Source: Pedosphaera sp.
GTDB taxonomy: Bacteria; Verrucomicrobiota; Verrucomicrobiia; Limisphaerales; SIBH01
NCBI GenBank assembly: GCA_031414955.1
Contig: JANOQV010000162.1
Coordinates: forward strand, 1 to 13,792
DNA: 13,792 bases
Direction of reading: 5' to 3'
In this document: positions 6,349 to 13,792 of the stretch, one piece after another
How the letters are laid out: every line of letters begins with the position of its first letter
Position numbering within the stretch: the first letter of the stretch is position 1
The notes under the pieces: model-generated
Database searches by the model: none
What the model saw: only the letters and a program-made list of their open reading frames with translations
What the model was told of the DNA's origin: nothing
Made by a program: the position numbers and the translations under genes

Positions 6349-7725
6349 TTATTTTACCGGAGTCGGCTGGGTCTGGCTTTGCTTGAGGATCTCCAACATC
6401 TCCAGCGCTTCCTGGTTGGTCGGGCTGAGTTGCAGGGCGCGCTGCAACTGCTCGATGGCTTCCGGCACCCGGCGCAGCCGGCCCAGGGCCTGACCCCAGC
6501 GGATGTAGGCGTAGGTCAGGTCCGGCTTGAAACGGGTCGCGTTCTGAAAGGCCTCGAGAGATCGCTCGGAATCACGCTGATTGATCAGGCAGAGGCCCAG
6601 ATTGAACCAGGCTTCGGCCAGCTTGGGGTTGATCCGGAGGGCCTCGCGATAACTTGCCTCGGCGTCCGCGTACTTCGTCTGAGCAAAGAGGGCACTGCCC
6701 AATTCCGTGCGCGCCGCGACCGAGCCCGGGTCGAGTTGGACGGCGCGACGCAGGGCGCGCTCGGCGGCGAGACCATCACCGGCCTGGCGCAAAGCCTTGC
6801 CATAAACCAGCCAGGCCGGCCCGCGATCCGGATACTGCGCGACGGCCTGCTGCATCAGCACGACGGCGTTGCTGATGTAACCCTGCCCGAGCCAGCTCTC
6901 AGCGTTGTCCGACATGGCGGTCAGCCCGGTGCGAAGCTGGTTGATCTCCACCAGGAACGGGTCGGGCCACACATGTTTCTCGGGCAACTGCCCGGCCCGG
7001 CGGAAAGCCGCCTCGGCGGCGGCCTGGTGGCCGGAGCGCTGTTCAATCGCGCCGAGCAGCGCGTGCGACGCCTTGACGTCCGGGGCGAATTGAATGGACT
7101 GCTGCAAGTAATCCAGAGCCGCGCCCGGCTCATTGCGGGCGACGGCCAGCCGGGCCAGACCAAGCAAGGCCCGCGGATTGGACGGCTCACGTCTCGACAC
7201 CGGCTCGATTTCGGCCTGCGCCTCGTCGAGTCGGCCCCGCTCGATCAATAATTCCGCCAGACGCAGGCGGGGTGCCGGCAGGTCGCCACACAGTTTCGCG
7301 GCCCGCTGCAAACTGGGCAGAGCCGCACCGGGATCTTCTCCCGACCGGGCCAGACCGCGCAGGTAGGGCCAGCGCGGTTCGCGCGGCTCAAACCGTTCCG
7401 CCTGGGCGAAACAAACATCCGCCTCCGGGAGCACATCGTGAATGCTCAACACCATCCCCAGCCGCCCCCAAGCCCGGCCCGAACGCGGCGAGCTTTGAAC
7501 GGCAGTGCGGGCCTCTTCGATGGCCTTGAGGATGGCAGGATCGGAGCCGGGCCGTTTGATGGCGGGCGGCTCCAAGGAAGCGTTCTGCCGCCAGAAATAA
7601 GCTCCACCACCGATGAGCACGAGCAGGCCAAAGCCGATGGCCCAGCGACGGAGGTTCCGACCGTCCGCCGATTTTTCGGTGGCCGCAGCGGCGCGCGATT
7701 TCTGTTTGGATCGGCTTTTGGCCAC
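6349..7725 (-). CDS. Membrane-anchored tetratricopeptide repeat (TPR) protein
   Basis: Many TPR-like helices (AWGRLGMVL, AWLVYGKAL, AEAWFNLGLCL, YAYIRWGQAL) and a single TM segment WAIGFGLLVLIGGGAYFW after a basic N-terminus. The likely start is GTG 7725 (in frame, 8 bp after the upstream stop) rather than 7824, which would overlap the upstream gene. Confidence 0.9.
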   Translation of the reverse strand: MAKSRSKQKSRAAAATEKSADGRNLRRWAIGFGLLVLIGGGAYFWRQNASLEPPAIKRPGSDPAILKAIEEARTAVQSSPRSGRAWGRLGMVLSIHDVLPEADVCFAQAERFEPREPRWPYLRGLARSGEDPGAALPSLQRAAKLCGDLPAPRLRLAELLIERGRLDEAQAEIEPVSRREPSNPRALLGLARLAVARNEPGAALDYLQQSIQFAPDVKASHALLGAIEQRSGHQAAAEAAFRRAGQLPEKHVWPDPFLVEINQLRTGLTAMSDNAESWLGQGYISNAVVLMQQAVAQYPDRGPAWLVYGKALRQAGDGLAAERALRRAVQLDPGSVAARTELGSALFAQTKYADAEASYREALRINPKLAEAWFNLGLCLINQRDSERSLEAFQNATRFKPDLTYAYIRWGQALGRLRRVPEAIEQLQRALQLSPTNQEALEMLEILKQSQTQPTPVK

Positions 7726-7733
7726 AAGGAGTT

Positions 7734-9815
7734 TTAGTCGATCAATTTGCCCTGACCCCGGCGCAGCACGACAAGTTGATCCGCAGTTGTGCCTGGAAAA
7801 GATTCCTGTTTCCCATCTGGCCAAAGCACGGTGATCGCTTCCACGCGCGCCGCCTGACCCAGTCCAAAATGGGCGCGCGGGTCATTGCTGCAAACGTAAC
7901 TATAGCCAGGATTGATCCACCCCACCTGCCGCCGTCCGCCCGCCTGCACGCTGACCTCGGCGCCGTAGGCGTCACGCCCGCCCAGCGCCGGATCAATCGC
8001 GCGGACCATCAACCAGTGACCACGACGAGGCGCGACGTTGCGGTAGAGTCGAGCGGGCGAGGCCACGGCCGTAACCAGCAAATCCATCGCGCCATCCCCG
8101 TCGATGTCGCCGCACGCCAGGCCGCGCCCGACCACCGGCGTTCCGCAGAAAGGAGAGTTCTTCGGTGAGACATCCCGAAAGGTTCCGTTTCCAATGTTGG
8201 CGAACAATTGATTACGATCCCCATAGGCGCTCCAGTGCGGACCCAACTCCGGGATAATCTGCTGCGCCATCCCGCCCGATTGATTTCCCCGCCGCACCCG
8301 GCCGTTCACGATCGCCAGATCGGAAAACCCATCCTGATCAAAGTCCGCGAAGACCGTGCCAAAACCCGTGCCGCGCCAGGCCGTGTTGGCCAGCCCCGCC
8401 GCCGCCGTGCTTTCCTGGAACAACCCGCGCGGGCCTTGCTTCCACAGCGCGTTGTTCTCCTCGGTCAGGTGGGTGATGAAAATGTCGAGCAGCCCATCGC
8501 CGTCCACATCCCCGGCGGCGATGCCCATGTTGGCATCAGCGCCACCCATCGCGTTGTAGGCCAGGCCGCGCCTCCCCGCCTCGTTGCGAAACGTGCCGTC
8601 GCGCTGGTTGATCCAAAGGCAGTTCGGCTTCGCATCGTTGGCGACCAAAATGTCGGGCCAGCGATCCCCGTCGAAGTCGGCGCAGACCACGCCCAAGCCG
8701 GGGCCGGGCAGATCACCCAGGCCGGATTTGACCGTCACGTCCTCGAAACGAACCGCACTGTTCGTGGCGGAAGCGCCGCGACCCAGATTGTGAAAGAGTC
8801 TCGACACCGTGCCGGGCCGCGAATTCGGCCCGCAGTATTCCGGCTGGCCCGCGCGATCGAAGCACTTCTCTGATGCCAGATAATCGATGTAATTTACGAC
8901 CACGAGATCCAGCCAGCCGTCGCGATCGTAATCGAAGAAAGCCGCCGAGGTGGCCCACTGCGGATTATCCAGCCCCGCCGGTTTCGTCAGCTCGACGAAG
9001 TGTCCGCCGCCCTGGTTCAGAAAGAGCCGCACCCCGCCGTACTCGGTCACGAGCACATCGGCCAGGCCGTCATTGTTGATGTCGCCGATCGCCACGCCCA
9101 TGCCGTGGCCCGCCACGTCCAACCCCGAGCCTGCGCTCACGTCGGAAAATTTTCCATCCGCACCCTGATGAAACAGCTTGTTCAGGGCGGCGGATTTCGG
9201 GCCGCCATTTTGAATGAGATATATGTCCAGCCGCCCATCGTTGTCGTAATCGAACAAGGCCACGCCGGAGCCGACCGTTTCTGGCATGAAGAAGCGGCCC
9301 AACGTGCCGACATCGTGCGTGAAGCTCAGGCCGGATTTCGCCGTGACGTCTTCAAACCAGACCGGCCCCGCAGCCTTGTGCTCCGTCTTCGACGGGCGAC
9401 ATCCCAGACCGGAAAGCGCAATGAGAAGCACGAAAACCAAACCCCAAGCCTGCTGAAAAACCCGGCTCCACGGAACATAAAGCGCCTTGCGCGAGGGATT
9501 CCACGAACCAGGGTGCGCGCCTCGCGGCGCTGAAGGTGCGGGGCGGGGAGCAAATGGCAGAAAGTTTTGCCGGCAAAAAAATGGGGCAAGATTTTTCTGC
9601 CAATAAATTTTTCCGCCCTGATCCAGGAGAACCTTCAGCACGACCAACAGCCGGTTCAGGGAAAGGTTCCCCGCTCGAGGGTTCGCGATCTGTGCCCCTG
9701 AACCGAGGCGGAGCGCCGAGCATTGCTCGGCTTGGGTACGGCCAGCCATCCCGGCCGAGCAATGCCCGGTGCTCCGGTTCATGGGTAGTAATTCTGCGGT
9801 GCGGTGCCGGCTCAT
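7734..9815 (-). CDS. CRTAC1-family protein (FG-GAP/VCBS repeats + C-terminal ASPIC/UnbV domain), lipoprotein-like; start uncertain
   Basis: Repeated D-x-D/N-x-D-G-x-x-D motifs (DYDNDGRLD, DINNDGLAD, DYDRDGWLD, DFDGDRWPD, DVDGDGLLD, DIDGDGAMD) and the ASPIC/UnbV-like end GYSYVCSNDPRAHFGLG...VLWPDG. A lipobox-like LSGLGC has its Cys at codon 139 (9399-9401). ATG 9815 overlaps the upstream TGA. Confidence 0.9.
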   Translation of the reverse strand: MSRHRTAELLPMNRSTGHCSAGMAGRTQAEQCSALRLGSGAQIANPRAGNLSLNRLLVVLKVLLDQGGKIYWQKNLAPFFCRQNFLPFAPRPAPSAPRGAHPGSWNPSRKALYVPWSRVFQQAWGLVFVLLIALSGLGCRPSKTEHKAAGPVWFEDVTAKSGLSFTHDVGTLGRFFMPETVGSGVALFDYDNDGRLDIYLIQNGGPKSAALNKLFHQGADGKFSDVSAGSGLDVAGHGMGVAIGDINNDGLADVLVTEYGGVRLFLNQGGGHFVELTKPAGLDNPQWATSAAFFDYDRDGWLDLVVVNYIDYLASEKCFDRAGQPEYCGPNSRPGTVSRLFHNLGRGASATNSAVRFEDVTVKSGLGDLPGPGLGVVCADFDGDRWPDILVANDAKPNCLWINQRDGTFRNEAGRRGLAYNAMGGADANMGIAAGDVDGDGLLDIFITHLTEENNALWKQGPRGLFQESTAAAGLANTAWRGTGFGTVFADFDQDGFSDLAIVNGRVRRGNQSGGMAQQIIPELGPHWSAYGDRNQLFANIGNGTFRDVSPKNSPFCGTPVVGRGLACGDIDGDGAMDLLVTAVASPARLYRNVAPRRGHWLMVRAIDPALGGRDAYGAEVSVQAGGRRQVGWINPGYSYVCSNDPRAHFGLGQAARVEAITVLWPDGKQESFPGTTADQLVVLRRGQGKLID
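9499..9663. repeat. Repeat unit bounded by TTCCACGAACC ... GGTTCAGGGAA, containing a nested GGCAGAAAA-type palindrome (9556-9617)
   Basis: Ends 9499-9509 and 9653-9663 are 9/11 inverted. Inside, GGCAAAAAAAT (9572-9582) pairs with ATTTTTCTGCC (9591-9601) at 10/11, and GGCAGAAAGTT (9556-9566) pairs loosely with ATTTTTCCGCC (9607-9617). The stretch is locally AT-rich. Confidence 0.55.
9695..9785. repeat. REP doublet (REPIN-like) enclosed by CCCCTGAACC ... GGTTCATGGG ends
   Basis: GGAGCGCCGAGCATTGCTCGGC (9710-9731) has a GGAG foot plus the palindrome GCCGAGCA-T-TGCTCGGC. An inverted copy at 9754-9775 matches 20/22. The outer 10-mers at 9695-9704 and 9776-9785 are 9/10 inverted. Confidence 0.8.
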
Positions 9816-12800
9816 GGCTTGGGGGCCGGCACGGCGATCTCGCGGGCACCGGGCGGAACATCCGTGGTGGTGGATCGGCCTGCGGGCCAGCGGACCATGA
9901 TTTGAGTCGCGCTTTCGCCGCCACTCAGAATCTGCACCGCGCTGTCCTGCGAACCATAGCCCGAGCCGGCGTGAAGCTCCCGGACCGGACCCAGACGCCC
10001 ACCAAATTTGAGGCGCAGCGTGGCTCCGATGCCGCCGGGATTGCCCGGCGCACCAATCAATCGCACCCGCAATCCGACGCGCGCCGTGACATTTTTCAAC
10101 AGCCGGGTCGGGGCACCGTTTTGCGCGATCACCAGGTCGATGCGACCATCCTCATTGTAATCGGCCAGCGCCGCGCCACGTTGTTCGCCGTGGATGGACA
10201 CGCCGGATTCCTGCGCCGTCATCGCGCGCAACCGGCCGGTGCCATCGCCGCGCAGCCAGAGTCCGCGGCCCGCGTCGAGACGCGGCACTTCCGGGCGGGT
10301 GGCGAAAAAATTCTGGCTGAGGAAAACATCCTCGTGCCCATCACCATCAACGTCCGTCACGTTCACGGAGAAGACCGGCGCGACCTGCGCCTCGAAGGGC
10401 AGTTCCACGGCTTCGAAGCGATCCCCGCGATTGAGGAAGACCATCGAGGCCAGAGTGGCGGCGCGCACTTCCTTCGCCGCAGATTGGGATGGTCCCAAAA
10501 CTTCCATGACCGTTGCCTCGCTGAACAACTTGTGCGTGGCAAAGCGCGCCCGCAGAAAAGGCATCGACGTCGCCAGCGAATTTAACATCCGCATCGGCGC
10601 GACCGCTCCCGTCGCGGGATCGGTCTCGGCCTCGATCAAGTCCACCGTCCCCTGCCCTCCCAAGTCGCCATAATAAAGTCGCGCGGGCCGCTCGGCGCTC
10701 GCCGGCCAGATCGTGTTCAAGCCCCAGTTGCCGGCGATGATGTCGAGCCGTCCGTCGCCATCGAGGTCGCCGGTGGTGACGCTGTTCCACCAACCGGTGA
10801 AGTGGTTGAGGGTTGAGAGTTGAGGGTTGAGGGAGGCACCGGTGATGGCGGGATTCCACGACGACAACTTGCCGTGATCGTTACGGAAGATGCGCACCGG
10901 ACCCCATTGGCAAGCGAGGATCAACTCGGGGAAACCATCACCATTCAAATCGCTCCAGACCGCGCCGCTCACCAGTCCAACCTTGTCGAGCAACCGTGAG
11001 TTCTCCGCGTCGAGCAACAATCGCTTCCCATCATGACGGAAGATGCGCGATGACGCCGGCTCCGGAAAACGTCCCGGCACCACGCGCCCGCCGACGAACA
11101 AATCCAGATCCCCATCGCCATCGAAGTCCGCCACCGCGAGCGGCCCGGCGCTGAAAGCGGTCGCGGGCAGCGTGTCGCCCAGCTTGAGCGCGCCCTCGGC
11201 ATAATTGAACTGCACCACCGCCGGGTGCCCCGTGGCCTCGTAGCTCGAGATTCCGACCAGCAGTGCGCGCTGCCCCGGCGCGGGCGTCCAACCCACGATT
11301 CCTGTCGCGTCATCCGGCAGCAGGAAACCGCGCGGGGGTGCCATCCGCGCCAGGCCGCCCTTGCCGTCGCCTTTGAAGCAGCCCAGCACCCCGCCGCGAC
11401 CGCTGCCGATGATCAAATCGTCGTGACTGTCGCCATCCAGATCGTGCCACGCCACCGCTGGTCCGAACTGACTCAACTTGTGGGGCAGCAAGGGCTGGCG
11501 CTGGTAATCATCGAAGCTCTCCTCGTAGTGCGTGTGGTCGAGCAGGCTGCTCACGTCCTGGAACAGAGGTTTCGGGTTTTGAGTTTCGGGTTTCGGGCTG
11601 GGTGTCGCGGACGCTTCCTCGATCTCGTAAAGACGGTTTGCCACCACCCCGGTGATGCGACTGATGCGGCTGGTGGGACCAATGCGACTGGTGGGCCAGG
11701 TCACTTCGAGAGTCATGTCGCCGGTGAATTTGCCGGCGGCGAAAACCAGCATGGCCTCCGAGCCGGCCATGTAACGACCGCCGCTCACGATCTCCTGGCT
11801 CTGCATGGGCACCGCGCCGCCGAGCAGTTTGATCTTCGCGCCGATGCCCTGCGTGTTCGGCGCACGTCCCTTCAACCGCACCGCTACACGCGGTGCGGCG
11901 GTCGTGTTACGATAGAACCCGGCGACGGTTCCCAAATTGTTCATCACCACGTCGAGCGCGCCATCGCCGTCGAAATCCGCCAGCGCCACGCCGTGATGCA
12001 CGCCGGGCGTGTTCAAGCCCCACTCGCCGGTCTTCTCCTCGAAGCGATATTGACCGCGGTTCTGAAAGGCCACGATGGGCGTGTCGAGCCGTGGATAATA
12101 CTTCGAGTTGAGCAGCTTCTCGGTGATGAACGCCTCGTGCGCCGACATCAGCTTGCCCTGATAATTCACCATCCCGTTGCCCTTGGGTCGCGGATGCGGA
12201 TTCGCACGAATCGCCGCCGCTGCGTCCAAATCCTGCACATCCGCGAAATGCCCGGTCGTGATCAGCACGTCCTCGTAGCCGTCCAGATCCACGTCGAGGA
12301 AGACTGGCTGCCAGGCCCACTCGGACGCCGACAAGCCGGCCAGATCCGCGATCTCCGCGAAGGTTCCATCACCGCGATTTTGCAGCAACGTGTTGCGCAT
12401 GATCTGCGGGCGGTCGTCGAGCACGCCGATCATGGAGGCCAGCGGACGCTGGGCCAGCGTCTGGCGTTTACGCAAGCGATGGTCGCGGCTCAACATGTCC
12501 ACGACCAGGCAGTCCATGTGACCCGAACGGTTCAGGTCGGCGAAGTCCACACCCATCGAACTGGCGCTGGTGTGCCGCACGGCCTGTCTGGCCAGGGCGC
12601 GAAATCGGCCCTGGCCGTCGTTGATCCAAATCCGGTCCGGCGTCCAGTAATCGTTGCAGACGTACAAGTCAGGAGAGCCATCACCATTGATGTCGCGGAA
12701 CGTCGCCGTGAGTCCCCAGTCACGCGGAATATCGGTGAGCGGCTTGCCATCCTCGTCGAGAAACATTCCGCCCGTCCAAGACACCGGAGTGAAGCGGCCC

Positions 12801-13573
12801 TGGCCATCGTTCAGATAAAGCGAGGACGGCTCGCCGTACTCGATCACCTGGCCGTTCACCACCACCAGCCGGTCTTTGAGCGCAGGCGGAATCACGAGCT
12901 GACCCCCAACGCTGTGGATGTCCACCTGCCCGCGGTCGCGAATGTCATCCGTGCGGTTGTTGCACACGTAGAGATCGAGCGTGCCGTTACCGTCCACATC
13001 GGCGAGGGCGGCGGTCACGCTGCCGTATTTGCTGCCTGTGCCGGCGGAAGCCGTGGCGTCGAAGAATTTACCCCGGCCGTCGTTCATATAGCACAACACG
13101 CCGCGGCCCGTGGTCGTGACCAGCAAGTCCAGCCAACGGTCGCCGTTCAAGTCCGCGAAGACCGCGCCACGCGTGTTCTGATTCGTGCAGACCAGCCCCG
13201 AGCTGGCGGTCACGTCCTGGAACTTCCAGCCGCCCAGATTCTTGTAGAGCGTGTTGCGGCCCTCGAGGCTGCCGAAGAAAAGATCAGGGCGGCCATCGCC
13301 ATCGAAGTCGCCCGCCGCCAGGCCCGAGCCATTGGCCAGCACGCGATTGGACTCACCCTTCCAGAGGTCGAGCAGATTGGTGAAGAGCAGTCCCGTCAAC
13401 TCGGGCGGCAGCAGGGTGAAGCCCGGCTTCCCGCCCGCCGCCGGTTCCAGCGGTGCCCAACGCAGACCCTGCCCCTGCTGCCACGCGCGGTCCTGGGCCG
13501 CGACGGTGAGCACGGAGAAACCCGCCGCCGCGAGCAGCCCGGAGACGCGGAACCATTTGCCTGGAAAAAACAT
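9812..13573 (-). CDS. Large secreted tandem CRTAC1-like protein: two FG-GAP/VCBS propeller regions, each followed by an ASPIC/UnbV-like domain (1253 aa)
   Basis: Signal peptide (WFRVSGLLAAAGFSVLTVAA) and more than 10 DxDGDGxxD motifs. The first ASPIC-like block is NTQGIGAKI...SGGRYMAGSEAMLVFAAG...VTWP and the second is NPGGIGA...AGSGYGSQDS...VRWPAG. Confidence 0.92.
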   Translation of the reverse strand: MFFPGKWFRVSGLLAAAGFSVLTVAAQDRAWQQGQGLRWAPLEPAAGGKPGFTLLPPELTGLLFTNLLDLWKGESNRVLANGSGLAAGDFDGDGRPDLFFGSLEGRNTLYKNLGGWKFQDVTASSGLVCTNQNTRGAVFADLNGDRWLDLLVTTTGRGVLCYMNDGRGKFFDATASAGTGSKYGSVTAALADVDGNGTLDLYVCNNRTDDIRDRGQVDIHSVGGQLVIPPALKDRLVVVNGQVIEYGEPSSLYLNDGQGRFTPVSWTGGMFLDEDGKPLTDIPRDWGLTATFRDINGDGSPDLYVCNDYWTPDRIWINDGQGRFRALARQAVRHTSASSMGVDFADLNRSGHMDCLVVDMLSRDHRLRKRQTLAQRPLASMIGVLDDRPQIMRNTLLQNRGDGTFAEIADLAGLSASEWAWQPVFLDVDLDGYEDVLITTGHFADVQDLDAAAAIRANPHPRPKGNGMVNYQGKLMSAHEAFITEKLLNSKYYPRLDTPIVAFQNRGQYRFEEKTGEWGLNTPGVHHGVALADFDGDGALDVVMNNLGTVAGFYRNTTAAPRVAVRLKGRAPNTQGIGAKIKLLGGAVPMQSQEIVSGGRYMAGSEAMLVFAAGKFTGDMTLEVTWPTSRIGPTSRISRITGVVANRLYEIEEASATPSPKPETQNPKPLFQDVSSLLDHTHYEESFDDYQRQPLLPHKLSQFGPAVAWHDLDGDSHDDLIIGSGRGGVLGCFKGDGKGGLARMAPPRGFLLPDDATGIVGWTPAPGQRALLVGISSYEATGHPAVVQFNYAEGALKLGDTLPATAFSAGPLAVADFDGDGDLDLFVGGRVVPGRFPEPASSRIFRHDGKRLLLDAENSRLLDKVGLVSGAVWSDLNGDGFPELILACQWGPVRIFRNDHGKLSSWNPAITGASLNPQLSTLNHFTGWWNSVTTGDLDGDGRLDIIAGNWGLNTIWPASAERPARLYYGDLGGQGTVDLIEAETDPATGAVAPMRMLNSLATSMPFLRARFATHKLFSEATVMEVLGPSQSAAKEVRAATLASMVFLNRGDRFEAVELPFEAQVAPVFSVNVTDVDGDGHEDVFLSQNFFATRPEVPRLDAGRGLWLRGDGTGRLRAMTAQESGVSIHGEQRGAALADYNEDGRIDLVIAQNGAPTRLLKNVTARVGLRVRLIGAPGNPGGIGATLRLKFGGRLGPVRELHAGSGYGSQDSAVQILSGGESATQIMVRWPAGRSTTTDVPPGAREIAVPAPKP
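10804..10831. repeat. In-frame 4 x 7-bp tandem repeat [GA]GTTGAG
   Basis: GGTTGAG GGTTGAG AGTTGAG GGTTGAG, encoding LNPQLSTLN on the minus strand. Confidence 0.85.
11568..11595. repeat. In-frame 4 x 7-bp tandem repeat [GA]GTTT[CT]G
   Basis: GGTTTCG GGTTTTG AGTTTCG GGTTTCG, encoding PKPETQNPKP in the linker between the two halves of the protein. Confidence 0.85.
11651..11695. repeat. In-frame 5 x 9-bp degenerate tandem repeat
   Basis: GGTGATGCG ACTGATGCG GCTGGTGGG ACCAATGCG ACTGGTGGG, encoding PTSRIGPTSRISRIT directly after the VTW(P) motif of the first ASPIC-like domain. Confidence 0.75.
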
Positions 13574-13702
13574 CGCGAAAATTGGTGCGCGTTCTCATCG
13601 CAAAAAGCCCGGGCCGGGGCAACGAAGAAACCGGGCAAGTTACGGCTGGGGGCGCATCTTGAAGGTACGGCTGTAGCCAACGGCAACCGGTCTATCCGAA
13701 TA

Positions 13703-13792
13703 AAAGCGGCGCTCAAGCGACCGCACTCCAAACGCTGCCGCGCCAAGGCCAACGCCTCGTGCCGCGCGAAGCGTTTGGAGTGCGGTCGCTTG
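13703..13792. repeat. REP doublet of the TTTGGAGTGCG type, cut by the window end
   Basis: Perfect 23-bp inverted repeat between 13714-13736 CAAGCGACCGCACTCCAAACGCT and 13770-13792. The complete left unit reads TTTGGAGTGCGGTCGCTTGAGCGCCGCTTT on the minus strand (GGAG foot plus imperfect hairpin). Confidence 0.85.

Noticed and set aside
6130..7251. 373-aa + strand ORF
   Set aside because: Antisense shadow of the TPR gene that runs through the palindromic repeat.
7726..7824. N-terminal extension of the TPR ORF to 7824
   Set aside because: It overlaps the conserved C-terminus of the upstream CRTAC1-like gene; GTG 7725 is more plausible.
9536..10585. 349-aa + strand ORF
   Set aside because: Antisense shadow of the CRTAC1-like genes and repeat block.
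7734..13573. Recurrent CCGTCGCCATCGAAGTC-like DNA motifs as a repeat family
   Set aside because: They are explained by the encoded DxDGDG FG-GAP motifs, not by a DNA-level element.

Overview
GC-rich bacterial window. Gene content and repeat style suggest Verrucomicrobiota or a related PVC lineage, but this is inference. It has two halves. Left (1-5650, + strand) is a polymorphic-toxin-like locus interleaved with mobile elements. In order: a 5'-truncated large protein ending in a His-rich putative nuclease tip; an ATGA-coupled immunity-like gene; a dead IS4-family left end; an intact RAYT-like HUH (Y1) transposase bounded by 29-bp inverted repeats (27/29) with a GGGGTCAG core; a beheaded C-terminal gene fragment starting exactly at the right repeat; a second ATGA-coupled exported immunity-like gene; and a second, truncated RAYT-like gene behind another AAAGGGGTC end. 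GGGGTC motifs follow both immunity-like genes and mark both truncation points beside the intact RAYT, suggesting HUH-driven rearrangement of toxin-tip/immunity cassettes. Right (5694-13792): a small AraC-type regulator, then a convergent minus-strand operon of two CRTAC1-like (FG-GAP/VCBS + ASPIC/UnbV) proteins and a TPR protein. This half carries several palindromic and short tandem repeat families, some in frame inside coding sequence. All family assignments come from motif recognition by eye; no searches were run.
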